Assembly: GCA_002269645.1 (NCBI GenBank)
Contig: NIVC01000286.1
Location: 186,001-250,000 of the forward strand
DNA: 64,000 nt
Source: Macrostomum lignano
Lineage: Eukaryota
Direction of reading: 5' to 3'
Part shown: piece after piece, positions 46,901 to 59,625 of the stretch
Layout: each line of letters starts with the position of its first letter
How positions within the stretch are numbered: position 1 is the stretch's first letter
The notes under the pieces: generated by a model
What the model saw: the letters and a program-made list of their open reading frames with translations, nothing else
Told to the model about the DNA's origin: nothing
The model's database searches: none
Position numbers and translations under genes: made by a program

Positions 46901-49900
46901 TTGCTAAACTACCCAGACATCCCCGAGTTGAAGGAACGAATGAAGAGTCACTGGACTAAGAAATGAGCCAATTTTCGAAATGAGCCCATGTTTTGAGGTC
47001 GTTCGTAAGCTGCAAGTCTGTTCAGAAGCAGACTGCATGCGTTGACTTTGTTTTGATTGTTTTTTCGCGCAACTTTTTTTCACACTTCAGGTTCGACGAA
47101 GGTCAAGATTGCCCTCTGAAGCGCCAGAACTTGTCGCCTTACCAAATGGAATTGCGGCTTCTACAGTTTCTGCACAGAGACTACCTGCTTCTGCATTTCG
47201 GATTTACGTAAGACATTCATATCGATCAGCTGATTGTAACTCCGTCTCTGGGGTGCTGGGGAGCAGCCCTGACTTTCTCATCGGTCAGGCATGCACACTC
47301 TCTGTGCCTTGGGGGGGGGGGTTGGCCCTCATGGCTGTGAAGCCCCAACTGAATGTAGCCGCGCGCGATATCAAGTCTCAGGGGAATTCCAGGCTAAATT
47401 TAGATCGAACAGAATTCCATACTATATTTAGGCTCAATGGAATTCCTGTTTAAATTTTGATTGAAGAAAAATTGAGGAAATCCCGATTGTGCTTTAACTC
47501 AGAAAAGCAGCTGGTTAATCGATCTTCCAGACGCGACGATCCACAGAAGACCGGCCTGGTGTCTGAGGACGCCTTCCGAGCCATTGTCGGCCGGGTGCTC
47601 CGAGCGGAGGTCCCCGCCCACCAGCTGGCGAGCGTCCTGGCCCGACTGACGAGAAGCCGAAACGGCGCTGTGCAGTACATGCCGTTCTTGGAGCAGTTTC
47701 ACATCGCGTGAGCCACTGCAGATCTGGGAGATCGCCCCGACTTCAATCTGTACTTTTTGGAATTTCCCTTGTCCGATGGATTCTCCGCCCACTGGGGTTT
47801 CAGTTAATATCCATCTACTGGGATTCCCTCCCCTAACTGGATTCTCCATCTGCTGGGTTGCCCCCTCTAACTGGATTCTCCATCTGCTGGGATTCCCTCT
47901 CAAAGTGGATAGATTCTCCATCTTACTGGGATTCCCCCTCCGAGTGGATAAATTCTCCATCTTACTGGGATTCCTTCTCAAAGTGGATGGATTCTCTATC
48001 TACTGGGATTCCTTTCAAATTGAATAGATTCTCCATCTTACTGGGATTTTTTCTCAAAGAGGATGGATTCTCCATCTTACTGGGATTCCTTCTCAAAGTG
48101 GATGGATTCTCTATCTACTGGGATTCCTTTCAAATTGAATAGATTCTCCATCTTACTGGGATTTTTTCTCAAAGAGGATGGATTCTCCATCTTACTGGGA
48201 TTCCTTCTCAAAGTGGATGGATTCTCTATCTACTGGGATTCCTTTCAAATTGAATAGATTCTCCATCTTACTGGGATTTTTTCTCAAAGAGGATGGATTC
48301 TCTATCTACTGGGATTCCTTTCAAATTGGATAGATTCTCCATCTTACTGGGATTTTTTCTCAAAGAGGATGGATTCTCTATCTACTGGGATTCCTTTCAA
48401 ATTGGATAGATTCTCCATCTTACTGGGATTTTTTCTCAAAGAGGATGGATTCTCTATCTACTGGGATTCCCTTTCAAAGTGGATCGATTCTCTATCTACT
48501 GGGATTCCCCCTCCGAGTGGATAGATTCTCCATCTTACTGGGATTCCTTCTCAAAGCGGATGGATTCTCTATCTACTGAGATTCCCTTTCAAAGTGGATC
48601 GATTCTCTATCTACTGGGGTTCCCCCTCCGAGTGGATAGATTCTCCATCTTACTGGGATTCCTTCTCAAAGTGGATGGATTCTCTATCTACTGGGATTCC
48701 CTTTCAAAGTGGATCGATTCTCTATCTACTGGGGTTCCCCCTCCGAGTGGATAGATTCTCCATCTTACTGGGATTCCTTCTCAAAGTGGATGGATTCTCT
48801 ATCTACTGGGATTCCCTTTCAAAGTGGACGGATTCTCTATCTGCTAGGACTCCCTCTAAAAGTGGACGGATTCTCTATCTGCTAGGACTCCCTCTAAAAG
48901 TGGACGGATTCTCTATCTGCTAGGACTCCCTCTCAAAGTTGGATGGATTCTCCATCTACTGGGATTCCCCCCTCCGAGTGGATGGAATCTCTAGCTACTG
49001 GGATTCCCTCTTAAAGTGGATGGATTTTCCATCTGCTAGGATTCCCCCTTTAACTTGATTATCATCAACAGTGATTTCCATCAAACATACGGGATTCGCC
49101 GTTTTCTGAATATAAAACGGGACTAAAGTATACTTTCGAATTTTTTACTTTCCTAGACCAAAAATGTGGGCCAAGCAGCCGATCTGCCCGAAACCGCCAT
49201 CTCAGCAGCAGCAAAAGCAGCAGCTTGAAGTTGCTCCTTCAGCTGACTCCGCGACTCCTGCAATCAAGGAGGTGAAGTTCCAGACAAAGAAGAACTCGCA
49301 GTCAAAGCGAGAGCAGCAGCAGCAGCAGAGATCCCTGTTGGACTTGGCCAGAATGACTCAGGCCACCCTGACTGCTCACTTCCACCAGGTGGACAAGCTG
49401 TACAAGCAGATGGACCGGCGCAATACCGGCAGAATCAGCTGCAAGCAGTTCCGGTCCTTGCTTAACGCGTGAGTTATTGGTGATGCAGTTAGCGATGAGA
49501 GCTAAATTGTAAGATTTATGGTCCTTAAGATTCTCGTATAGATTCAGCTCCAATCTCATATAGATTCGGCTCCAATCTCATATAGATTTGGCTCCAATCT
49601 CATATAGATTCAACTCCAATCTCATATAGATTCGGCTCCAATTTCATATAGATTCGGCTCCAATCTCATATAGATTTGGCTCCAATTTCATATAGATTTG
49701 GCTCCAATCTCATATAGATTCGGCTCCAATCTCATATAGATTCGGCTCCAATCTCATATAGATTCGGCTCCAATCTCATATAGATTCGGCTCTTATCTCA
49801 TATAGATTCGGCTCTAATCTCATATAGATTCGGCTCTATTCTCATATAGATTCAGCTCCAATCTCATATAGATTCGGCTCTAATCTCATATAGATTCGGC

Positions 49901-52900
49901 TCCAATCTCATATAGATTCGGCTCTAATCTCATATAGATTCGGCTCTATTCTCATATAGATTCAGCTCCAATCTCATATAGATTCGGCTCTAATCTCATA
50001 TAGATTCGGCTCCAATCTCATATAGATTCGGCTCAAATCTCATATAGATTCGGCTCTTATCTCATATAGATTCGGCTCTAATCTCATATAGATTCGGCTC
50101 TATTCTCATATAGATTCAGCTCCAATCTCATATAGATTCGGCTCTAATCTCATATAGATTCGGCTCCAATCTCATATAGATTCGGCTCTTATCTCATATA
50201 GATTCGGCTCTAATCTCATATAGATTCGGCTCTATTCTCATATAGATTCGGCTCCAATCTCATATAGATTCGGCTCCAATCTCATATAGATTCGGCTCCA
50301 ATCTCATATAGATTCGGCTCCAATCTCATATAGATTCGGCTCCAATCTCATATAGATTCGGCTCCAATCTCATATAGATTCGGCTCCAAACCCCGTCATC
50401 TTCCCTCTCTCAACCCGCAGCCTCGGCCTGGGTGTCACCGAGCAGGAGATGTCGGCGCTCTGGTCAACTCTGGACACCAGCCCGGACGGGCAGTGGAGTT
50501 ACAGGCAGATGCTGAGGCACTTCATGTCCGGTGGACTGCAGGAGGCGGCCTTGATGGAGAGGCTTCGCGGCGCTCATAGGAGCTGGCGGATGTGTGAGTC
50601 GGCAAAACCATTCCCCTGCCTTTGCCAGTTGATGAGAATGATAATCCCTGCTCAAAGGGATATCAGTTTAGGGAGGGGGGGTAAAGAGAGAAAGATAGAG
50701 CACATCTGCTCGAATCTTATATAGGAAATTTGAATCTCATGTATCATTTAAGCTTGTCATGGTTTTGCTTTTTCTTTCCACTGGTGCCACTGACCGGCCT
50801 CTCAAACTGATGGAGTGCTGTAATTTGACTCCTGTCTGTGGCTGTTTATCTGTTTTTGTCGACATTTCCTGTCTATGAATTATTTCTATGAATCATTTAG
50901 CAGTACGTCTGTCAGTCTTCACTGATTATATCCCATTATATCCTATTTTATTCCATTCTATTCCATTCTATTCCGCTCTATCCTATTTTATTCCATTCTA
51001 TTCCATTATATCCTATTATATTCCATTCAATTCCATTCTATTCCATTCTATTCCATTCTATTCCATTCTATTCCATTCTATCCTATTTTATTCCATTCTA
51101 TTCCATTCTATTCCGCTCTATCCTATTTTATTCCATTCTATTCCATTATATCCTATTTTATTCCATTCTTTTCCATTCTATTCCATTATATCCTATTATA
51201 TTCCATTCAATTCCATTCTATTCCATTCTATTCCATTCTATTCCATTCTATTCCATTCTATCCTATTTTATTCCATTCTATTCCATTCTATTCCGCTCTA
51301 TCCTATTTTATTCCATTCTATTCCATTATATCCTATTTTATTCCATTCTTTTCCATTCTATTCCATTATATCCTATTATATTCCATTCAATTCCATTCTA
51401 TTCCATTCTATCCTATTCTATCCCATTCTATCCTATTCTATCCTATTCTATCCTATTCTATCCTATTCAATTCTATTCTATCCCATTCTATCCTATTCTA
51501 TCCTATTCTATCCTATTCTATCCTATTCTATCCTATTCTATCCTATTTTTTCCTATTTTTCCTATTTTTCCTATTCTGTCCTATTCCATTCTATCATATT
51601 CTATCCTTCTATCTTATTGTATCCTATTCTAGTCTATTATATTATATTCTGTTCTATAATATCCCATTATATCCTATTCAACTTTATTACACCCCATCGT
51701 ATTTTATCCCATATCCTATAAATATTCAGCGGACACCGCAGATCCAAGCGTGATGAAGCTGCGCCAGCTTCGTGAAATCAGAGCAGACAATCAGGATGAA
51801 GCTGAGCAGCAGAAGCAGCAGCAGCAACCGACTCAACCGAAGCGCGAGTCTCTAACCAAGGCCGAACTGGAGTCCCTGATTGAACTCAGCCGGCCAGGCA
51901 TTGTGGCCAACTGGGATGAGATTAAGCTAAGATTGCGCCGCCTCGATCCTCAAGGCACTTCGTGCATCTACCGAGTTGAGTTTGCGGTAAGTTAATACAA
52001 CAGTAGTGCTCAGACGTCTGCAGAATCGAACCCGAGACCTCCCATTGTGAGAATTGAACTTTTGCATCCATTAACTCTCTTGAGCACATAAAAAATATTC
52101 CAGGAACTGGCTCGCGAATATCAACTGCCCCTGGATACTGCGCAACTCGAAAATCTGTCCAGGGCGTTTGAGAAACGTGGAAATGGAAGGTATGACTGAT
52201 TCGATGGAATTTCCCCATAGTCTTTTGGACTTTTCGCCGCTTAAAGCAATTTCTTCAATTTCTTAAAACGGGATTTCCCAGTCTGTCCAGCCAGGATCCT
52301 CCAGTCTTTTCAGGCGGGATTCCCCAGTCTTTTCAGGCGAGATTCCCCAGTCTATCTAGCTGTGATTCCCCAGTCCATCAAGCCCAGCAGGGATTCCCCA
52401 GTCTATCCAGCCCAGCCGGGATTCCCCAGTCTATCCAGCCCAGCAGGGATTCCCCAGTCTTTTCCGCCAGGATTCTTCCAGTTTGTCCAGCCGGGATTCC
52501 ACAGTTTATCCAGCCCAACCGGGATTCCAGTTGGGAATCTAGCCGGGATTCCCAAGTCTATCCTGCCGGGATTCTCCTAGTCTATCCAGCCGGGATTCTC
52601 CCAGTCTATCCAGCCGGGATTATCCAGTCTATCAGCCGAGATTCCCCAGTCTTTTCCGCCAGGATTCTTCCAGTTTGTCCAGCCGGGATTCCCAAGTCTA
52701 TCCTGCCGGGATTCTCCCAGTCTATCTAGCCGGGATTACCCAGTCTATCCAGCCCAGCAGGGATTCCCCAGTCTTTTCCGCCAGGATTCTTCCAGTTTGT
52801 CCAGCCGGGATTCCACAGTTTATCCAGCCCAACCGGGATTCCAGTTGGGAATCTAGCCGGGATTCCCAAGTCTATCCTGCCGGGATTCTCCTAGTCTATC

Positions 52901-54261
52901 CAGCCGGGATTCTCCCAGTCTATCCAGCCGGGATTATCCAGTCTATCAACCGAGATTCCCCAGTCTTTTCCGCCAGGATTCTTCCAGTTTGTCCAGCCGG
53001 GATTCCCAAGTCTATCCTGCCGGGATTCTCCCAGTCTATCTAGCCGGGATTACCCAGTCTATCCAGCCGGGATACCCAGTCTATCCAGCCGGGATTACCC
53101 AGTCTATCCAGCCGGGATTCCCCCAGTCTATCCAGCCGGGATTACCCAGTCTATCCAGCCGGGATTACCCAGTCTATCCAGCCGGGATTCCCCCAGTCTA
53201 TCCAGCCCAGCCGGGATTTTCTATTCTATCCAGCCGGAGTTCCCCAGTCTTTTCAGGAAAAATCTTTTTTAACTTCAAATCCAAAGCCTCCATAGCTACT
53301 GGATAAAAGGCTGCTAAAGTTAGCTCTAATTCCTTTCAGATTTAACTACATGGCCTTTTTAAAACGATTTGTAAGCCAGTCGGCCAAGCCGCTAAGCAAG
53401 ACTGCCGAATTGGCACGAACTGTAACGGATAAGGTCAGTGACGATCTGAGAGATTATTTAAGCGATCATAATTTTGGTCGGCGCGTGATTCTAATTTGTT
53501 TTATTATCGTTATTAATTTCAGAAACAGGGCGCCAGAATTCAAATTTCCGAGATAATGGATCGCATTCGAGAGAAGGTTCGATTTGGGACTATGATGCAA
53601 TTAGAAGTTTGCAGGGAATTAGTTGTTCACGCCCGTCAGGGCCAACCCCTAATTTACAAATTAATATTAGTTGATTACACCTGCCTTAATGGGCAGTTGT
53701 GCAACCGACAGCTCAGCCGCAGCTATTGCGCGGCGCATCTGAAGGCTGCGTACGGCTGTTCAGTCCAAGGACTGGGGGGGGGGGGTCGCCACACACCCTC
53801 AATTACCCCAGTCAATTTTGGGCACCCATTTTACAGCTGGGTGAACTGAAGCAATGCACAGTTAAGTGTCCTGGCTCAATGGCATCATCTGTTCCTAGTG
53901 GGTCGAGAATCGAACCCCCGACCTTCAAGTCATAAGTCCAACGCTTTAACCACTAGACTGCAACCCCCACTTTATAAGCACCCACGAAGTCTTGAGTTCT
54001 TTGGCTAGATTTTGTTTCCTCATCTCTTTCCAGCTGCTCTTCGAGTGGAAAAGTCTCCTGTTGGCCTTTCGGAAATACGATGTTGAAAAGGTCGGTCGCC
54101 TGTCGGTTCACGAGCTGCGCAAAATTGTCGGCCGTTGCGGCTACCGACTGTCCGAGGACGACCTGTTCCTGCTGCTGTCCGAGTTTGACATGGACTTTGA
54201 CGGTATGATCAACTATCAGGAGTTCGTCATGCAGCTTCTGGACGTCGCTGAGGCCGCTTGA
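40995..54261 (+). CDS. Multi-EF-hand protein, EFCAB6-like, 15 exons, ~967 aa
   Basis: Exons 40995-41193, 41267-41426, 41975-42367, 44283-44475, 45016-45192, 45474-45757, 47091-47207, 47531-47707, 49157-49468, 50421-50593, 51730-51986, 52104-52189, 53340-53433, 53523-53576, 54034-54261 (2904 nt, phases consistent). Repeated degenerate EF-hand pairs, e.g. FQHADTERSGRL, DRRNTGRIS, WKSLLLAFRKYDVEKVGRL...FDMDFDGMINYQEF. Orthology to EFCAB6 is inference. Confidence 0.8.
41430..41900. repeat. Degenerate ~37-bp G-rich minisatellite
   Basis: GAGGGTAAGAGAGTGGCTGGGGGTTGGGGCAGGGTGT-like units starting right after the exon-2 donor. Confidence 0.85.
42415..42805. repeat. 31-bp minisatellite TAACTGCAGGGCGAATCCATGTTTCTATAAA
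   Basis: Tandem units; reverse complement of the array at 45.8-46.2 kb. Confidence 0.9.
43012..43375 (+). mobile_element. tRNA-derived SINE family B, near full-length
   Basis: Head TAGCCCTCGGTGG...GGCTCGATTCC (A/B-box-like); the body matches the reverse complement of 55972-56208. Confidence 0.8.
44490..44968. repeat. 32-bp minisatellite CACTGACCCGCTAGCACCCTCCACTGCTGCTG
   Basis: Starts ~15 nt after the donor at 44476. Confidence 0.92.
45795..46160. repeat. 31-bp minisatellite GGATTCTCCCTGTAGTTATTTATAGAAACAT (inverted relative to the 42.4-kb array)
   Basis: The unit is the reverse complement of the 42415-42805 unit and degenerates distally. Confidence 0.85.
47255..47345 (-). mobile_element. 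SINE family B, truncated copy
   Basis: GCAGCCCTGACTTTCTCATCG...CTGTGCCTTGGGG..TTGGCCCTCATGGC. Confidence 0.65.
47800..49050. repeat. ~24-bp-subunit satellite (GGATTCTCCATCTACTGGGATTCC core) with a longer superperiod
   Basis: Direct reading. Confidence 0.9.
49535..50390. repeat. 22-bp minisatellite AGATTCGGCTCCAATCTCATAT
   Basis: Near-perfect units ending ~30 nt before the acceptor at 50420. Confidence 0.95.
50925..51720. repeat. (ATTCC/ATTCT)n pentamer satellite
   Basis: Direct reading; ends just before the acceptor at 51729. Confidence 0.92.
52265..53240. repeat. Degenerate ~24-bp minisatellite CCGGGATTCCCCAGTCTATCCAG
   Basis: Direct reading. Confidence 0.9.
53665..53962 (-). mobile_element. 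CORE-type SINE family A, copy 4 (near full-length)
   Basis: Minus strand GTTGCAGTCTAGTGGTTAAAGCG...GGTTCGATTCT head, then TGAGCCAGGACACTTAACTGTGCATTGCTTCAGTTCACCCAGCTGTAAAATGGG, resembling the MIR/CORE consensus. Confidence 0.85.
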
Positions 54262-55971
54262 AATTCGTGAGACCGTGGATAACTAAAACTATTCGGGACC
54301 AAGGACTACCAAAAACTACGGACATCATAAGAAAATACAAGTAGCAGAGGTACTAAGAAGAGTCGGGTAAAAAAAGTTGAAAAATTGATACGATACTGCT
54401 TAATTGCAACAAAAGCCGGCTTCATGCAAAATCTGATTTTTGGTAGTCTTCCTCTTTTCAGCTGAGTTGTTGGCAGTGATTTGTCCACGTACTTTTCGGA
54501 CTTGTAGTTTTGTTACATTTTATAACTATTATGTTTTAATGTACAATAAGAGCTGACCTTGAAAAACTATACTTTTACGTGTCATATGTACTGTAGCCGT
54601 CAAGGTCAAAATCTAATGGAAAACTACCCACATTATTAAATCAGATGAGTATCCCGATTTAATTTCTTTTTAAACTTGCATCATGTTAACGAATTATTTT
54701 TTTGTGTACAAGTGTTTTTCAGCTAACTAAAAGCTAATACAAGATATTACGAGCTAATTATTTGTTATTTTTCTATGCCTTCCACTGGAACTGTTATTCT
54801 CGAATTTCTAAATATTTCTCTATTTCAATTTTTCTTCTTAAAAAGAAACATTTTTTATTATCGAATTCCATATCGCCACAAGAGTTTGGATGGAGCGAAC
54901 TTTTTATGTATATTTTTTTAATCAAAATTATACATTTATCTGCTGAATCTTAAATCAGTAACTGCTGAATACTTTTTGATTCGTCATTTTTGTAGCTAAA
55001 CCCTATTAGCCTGTAGAGAACCAGAAACAGCTACTGTAATCTATTTTTTACCTCTGCTTCAATATCAGAAATGTAAATTAAATGTCGAAAGTTCAACCAG
55101 TATCGGTGAATTATCAATATATATTCCTAACTAGCAAAGGGAATGAAAGAAGAGAATTATTAATTTTTAACTAAAGACTTTAAAAGAAAAAAGACTTCAT
55201 TTTTATTTTTTCAAGTGGAATCTTTCAAACCGTTTACAAACCCATTTATATTTCTGATTGGCTGGTGTTGTTTTTGACTCGAGCTCCGATTGTTTGCTAG
55301 TAGAAAGTTGCAAATTGACTTTGCTCGCGATTGGCTATATATTTATGCTGGCGTACAGCACTTTAACAAGTTAGATAGCCGTTGAAAAAACCAACCCCCA
55401 AGCACTGGTGTGCTCCCGCCAGAGCAGCTGGCACAAATGGACAAATTCCTATTTTATTCCCTGACCAAATCTGAGTACAAGGGTTTAATAAAAATTAAAT
55501 CATTTTAAACAAATTTAGAAATTAACTGAATCGCGCGTAGACAACAAAAATTAAAACATAACACTGACTAAAGTAGAACTCGACGACTGAAGCAAATAAT
55601 AGACTTGAACGTGTGAAACATACAGGGCTGGGGCATAAAATAATTTTTTACACGCCTCTGGCAAGATTTTAGCCTCAGAATATCCAGATTAAGGTTTTTG
55701 TCTATAGCTAGCGCTGACAAAAATTCAAATTTAGCTATAGACCCTTGAAGCCTAAAACTATCAGAATCCGTTCCTGTTGGCGTAATCAACAGGGCTGGCC
55801 ATAGACTATCGCGGGCCACTTTAACAATTTCTACTATGCAAAGCCTTTACCAGCTTTGCATAGTCTAAAACTCAAAAGCCAACTGAAAATGGGGCAATTT
55901 TTCATAGTACGAAGTCTTTGTTGCACATTATACATTATACATATTACATGTACATTTTCACACAAGAGTAG

Positions 55972-56208
55972 ATCCGTACGCAGTCATACGCACAAGCACA
56001 CACTCACACAGGAGTGTACAGCAGCCCTAACTTTATTTATCGATAGGCATGTACACTTCACTGTGCCTTGGGGGTTGGCCCTCAAGGCCGTTAATTGCAC
56101 GAGCAGAGCCAAGCCGAAATTTCAATTTAGCCTTAAATTATGTGACTGCACTTGGAATCGAGCCTGGACCGCTGGCACATGAGAACGCCGCGCTAGACCA
56201 CTAGGATA
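55972..56208 (-). mobile_element. tRNA-derived SINE family B copy
   Basis: Reverse complement of 43012-43255. Confidence 0.8.
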
Positions 56209-56253
56209 CAATCATAAATACCTTTCTTTACTACTGATATTCAACATTACAAA

Positions 56254-56292
56254 TGACAACGCGTTTCGGCTGAATCAGACCTCGTTAGGTCA
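56254..56292 (-). ncRNA. Minimal type I hammerhead ribozyme relic (G5A core variant)
   Basis: Minus strand: UGAC-CUAACGA-GGUCUGAUUCAGCC-GAA-ACGCGU-U-GUCA. Stem I is 4 bp, stem II is GG(U)CUG/CAGCC, helix III is the palindrome ACGCGU. Confidence 0.6.
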
Positions 56293-56568
56293 GGCATTAA
56301 CTTTACTGTGTACGAGTACTTTGATTCGTAAAGTTCTCTATCAAGGTCTTCTAAATGGGTTGTACTTGTTGGTGTCAATTTACCTGCCATTGCTTTCGCA
56401 AGTCTATTGTCAAATAAATCTATTGTTTCTCTTTTGCTTCGTAACTCGGTACATGGCAGTAACTCCTACACAAATATTATTTGTAGCCAAAGCATTTATC
56501 CAAGAATAGTTTGATGGCTTAATCAGTAGTACGTTTTCAATCAATCTTCTTCTCCACGTTGTCTAGAT

Positions 56569-56868
56569 TCAGTCGCCACCGCCAGCATTTGTCGTCGTTG
56601 AATTTTTAAACTTCGGCGTCCAAATCAACCCGTAGTACACCGCCAGCAGAGCCGAGGCGGCGGTGATTGCGGCCACGTACGCAGCGGCTGTCAGGCAACG
56701 CGCGGCAAATCGATTTGCTGAGCCACCGACGCGAGCGCCACCGCCACCGCCGCCGCCGGTCATGCTGCCCTCGATGATGGTGCGCAGATGCTGGCTGACG
56801 ATGCCGCTTACGGTACTGTCGCTCCGGTTGCGCTGCTGTCCATAGCTGACGCGACTGCTACTGTCCAT
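56569..56868 (-). CDS. InaF-motif small membrane protein, 99 aa
   Basis: RCLTAAAYVAAITAASALLAVYYGLIWTP matches the InaF motif (cf. [28 protein letters not shown] of INAFM2, from memory). ATG at 56868 with a TTTTTAG acceptor 10 nt upstream. Confidence 0.75.
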   Translation of the reverse strand: MDSSSRVSYGQQRNRSDSTVSGIVSQHLRTIIEGSMTGGGGGGGARVGGSANRFAARCLTAAAYVAAITAASALLAVYYGLIWTPKFKNSTTTNAGGGD

Positions 56869-56964
56869 CGGCCTGCTTCTAAAAATTGTTACAAGCGATT
56901 TTCTTATACGTCGTAGAAGTTGCATTCGTGTCACAATAAACATTGTTTGTACCAATTGACACGA

Positions 56965-58365
56965 TGGGCACATTGGTAAGTTACAGACACAGCAGTTGAA
57001 CCATGGGCACATTGGTGAGTTACAGACACAGCGGTTGAACCATGGGCACATTGGTGAGTTACAGACACAGCGGTTGAACCATGGACACATTGGTGAGTTA
57101 CAGACACAAAGGTTGAACCATGGGCACATTGGTGAGTTACAGACACAAAGGTTGAACCATGGACACATTGGTGAGTTACAGACACAAAGGTTGAACCATG
57201 GACACATTGGTGAGTTACAGACACAAAGGTTGAACCATGGGCACATTGGTGAGTTACAGACACAAAGGTTGAACCATGGGCACATTGGTGATTTACAGAC
57301 ACAGCGGTTGAACCATGGGCACATTGGTGAGTTACAGACACAGCGGTTGAACCATGGACACATTGGTGAGTTACAGACACAAAGGTTGAACCATGGGCAC
57401 ATTGGTGAGTTACAGACACAGCGGTTGAACCATGGACACATTGGTGAGTTACAGACACAAAGGTTGAACCATGGGCACATTGGTGAGTTACAGACACAAA
57501 GGTTGAACCATGGGCACATTGGTGAGTTACAGACACAAAGGTTGAACCATGGGCACATTGGTGAGTTACAGACACAAAGGTTGAACCATGGACACATTGG
57601 TGAGTTACAGACACAAAGGTTGAACCATGGGCACATTAGTGAGTTACAGACACAAAGGTTGAACCATGGGCACATTGGTGAGTTACAGACACAAAGGTTG
57701 AACCATGGACACATTGGTGAGTTACAGACACAAAGGTTGAACCATGGGCACATTGGTGAGTTACAGACACAAAGGTTGAACCATGGACACATTGGTGAGT
57801 TACAGACACAAAGGTTGAACCATGGGCACATTGGTGAGTTACAGACACAAAGGTTGAACCATGGGCACATTGGTGAGTTACAGACACAAAGGTTGAACCA
57901 TGGACACATTGGTGAGTTACAGACACAAAGGTTGAACCATGGGCACATTGGTGAGTTACAGACACAAAGGTTGAACCATGGGCACATTGGTGAGTTACAG
58001 ACACAAAGGTTGAACCATGGACACATTGGTGAGTTACAGACACAAAGGTTGAACCATGGGCACATTGGTGAGTTACAGACACAAAGGTTGAACCATGGGC
58101 ACATTGGTGAGTTACAGACACAAAGGTTGAACCATGGACACATTGGTGAGTTACAGACACAAAGGTTGAACCATGGGCACATTGGTGAGTTACAGACACA
58201 AAGGTTGAACCATGGGCACATTGGTGAGTTACAGACACAAAGGTTGAACCATGGACACATTGGTGAGTTACAGACACAAAGGTTGAACCATGGGCACATT
58301 GGTGAGTTACAGACAAACAGTGGTTGAAATAATATGCACATTCGTGACTTGAGTTACAGACACAG
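56965..58365. repeat. 39-bp minisatellite GGTTGAACCATGGGCACATTGGTGAGTTACAGACACAAA (~35 copies)
   Basis: 13-aa periodic ORFs on both strands. Confidence 0.97.
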
Positions 58366-58930
58366 CGGACTTCCCGGAACTATGGATTTATAATGCAAGC
58401 ATCATTTTTGAGTCTTGAATACAGTGCTCTTAAATAGACAGTAAACGAAGTGTAGTCACATCGTTGAATCGCAGCGATAAGAGTGATGATAACCATGGAC
58501 AGATACTGATGCCCTATGAATCCGCAACAGTAATAAGCGTATGCTTACCGAAAATTGTTCTTCAACTCAAGTTATGTCACAAATTCGTTTTTTGAAAATT
58601 CAGGGAAAACTGTATAAGAAACCTCCTGAGGATTACCGTGTATACGATCGCAGGTCAAACTCCGCCCGAGATTGAAGAGACACGCCCATAAAAGCAGACG
58701 GTTGGCTGGCTACTTTTTTTAAAGTCGGGGCCTTCATCTATTCACATTCAACAACTCTGCCCCGCCCATCTGATCTAACTGAGCTATTTGAATGAACAGT
58801 CAGGCAGTCAGGCAGTCAGGTAGGCTTTGAACTCGAGAAATTGAATATTCACATCAGAGTACAGTCAACCTGTACAAAAAGCTGTAAATTAGTGTATGCG
58901 GGCAAGCGCTCGCATTACACACACACTCCC

Positions 58931-58971
58931 CCTCTCTCTCTCTCCTCTCTCTCTCTCTCTCCCTCTCTCTC

Positions 58972-59002
<31 letters not shown>
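58931..59002. repeat. (CT)n microsatellite
   Basis: Direct reading. Confidence 0.95.
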
Positions 59003-59039
59003 ATCGTCGAAGGGCACAGTCTTCCACAAAGCATAGTCC

Positions 59040-59625
59040 TTGAGGTGTGAAGTATTTCCAAGCTGGTCTTGTTCATTCATTGAGACAGGTTCTTCAGAAA
59101 GGTTAATCGCTGACTTCCCGTTGCAGGATCGACTGCAACGCGATGAACGCCGTCTTACGCCGTGTTTTGCCGCCTGTGCGATCACACGGTCCGTGTCGGC
59201 GAGACCGTCAACAGCATCCATGGCCGCATGCTGGCGCACATCGGTGACATCCGACACGCCCGCGCCACTCCGGTGGCCCGCCACTTCACTAGCGATGGCC
59301 AGAGTCTGGCGGACTTCGCCTTCACCGGCGTGTGGACTCGGGACGGCTCGGGACCGAAGGCCAATGAATGGCGTCAGCGCCAAGAAGCCAAGCTGATCGA
59401 TGTCCTGAGGACCCGTTTCCCACATGGCACCAACGAGCTGGCCGGCGTACTGCACAATCCGGCCATCCCGATTATTTTGCCCCATTGTGCGGCGTCCGAC
59501 GCCCTGGTTGCCATGGTGAGGGACCGGCTGGTACGACACTGCGAGGCCCAGTTCTGCCAGCCTATACCAAGTGCAGGAGCCTCCGGGAGCTGCTCTGCCA
59601 CAGCCGGCTCGAACCTGCCATTTAA
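59040..59625 (+). pseudogene. Degraded Penelope-like element fragment, GIY-YIG endonuclease
   Basis: With a +1 shift at about 59155 it reads DCNAMNAVYAVFCRLCDHTVRVGETVNSIHGRMLAHIGDI...PVARHF...RQRQEAKLIDVLRTRFPHGTN, the C..N.VY..CxxC..VGET..H..PVA.HF..R..E..GxN layout of PLE endonucleases. A second shift leads to PAYTKCRSLRELLCHSRL*. No RT was seen. Confidence 0.75.

Noticed and set aside
56931-58341. Long Cys/His-rich ORFs (590, 443, 227 aa)
   Set aside because: Pure translations of a 39-bp tandem repeat open on both strands, with no unique domain apart from the separate InaF tail.
56965-58365. GTGAGT plus TACAG splice-like motifs in each 39-bp unit
   Set aside because: They lie on the strand opposite the only adjacent gene and are just 11 nt apart, too close to form an intron.
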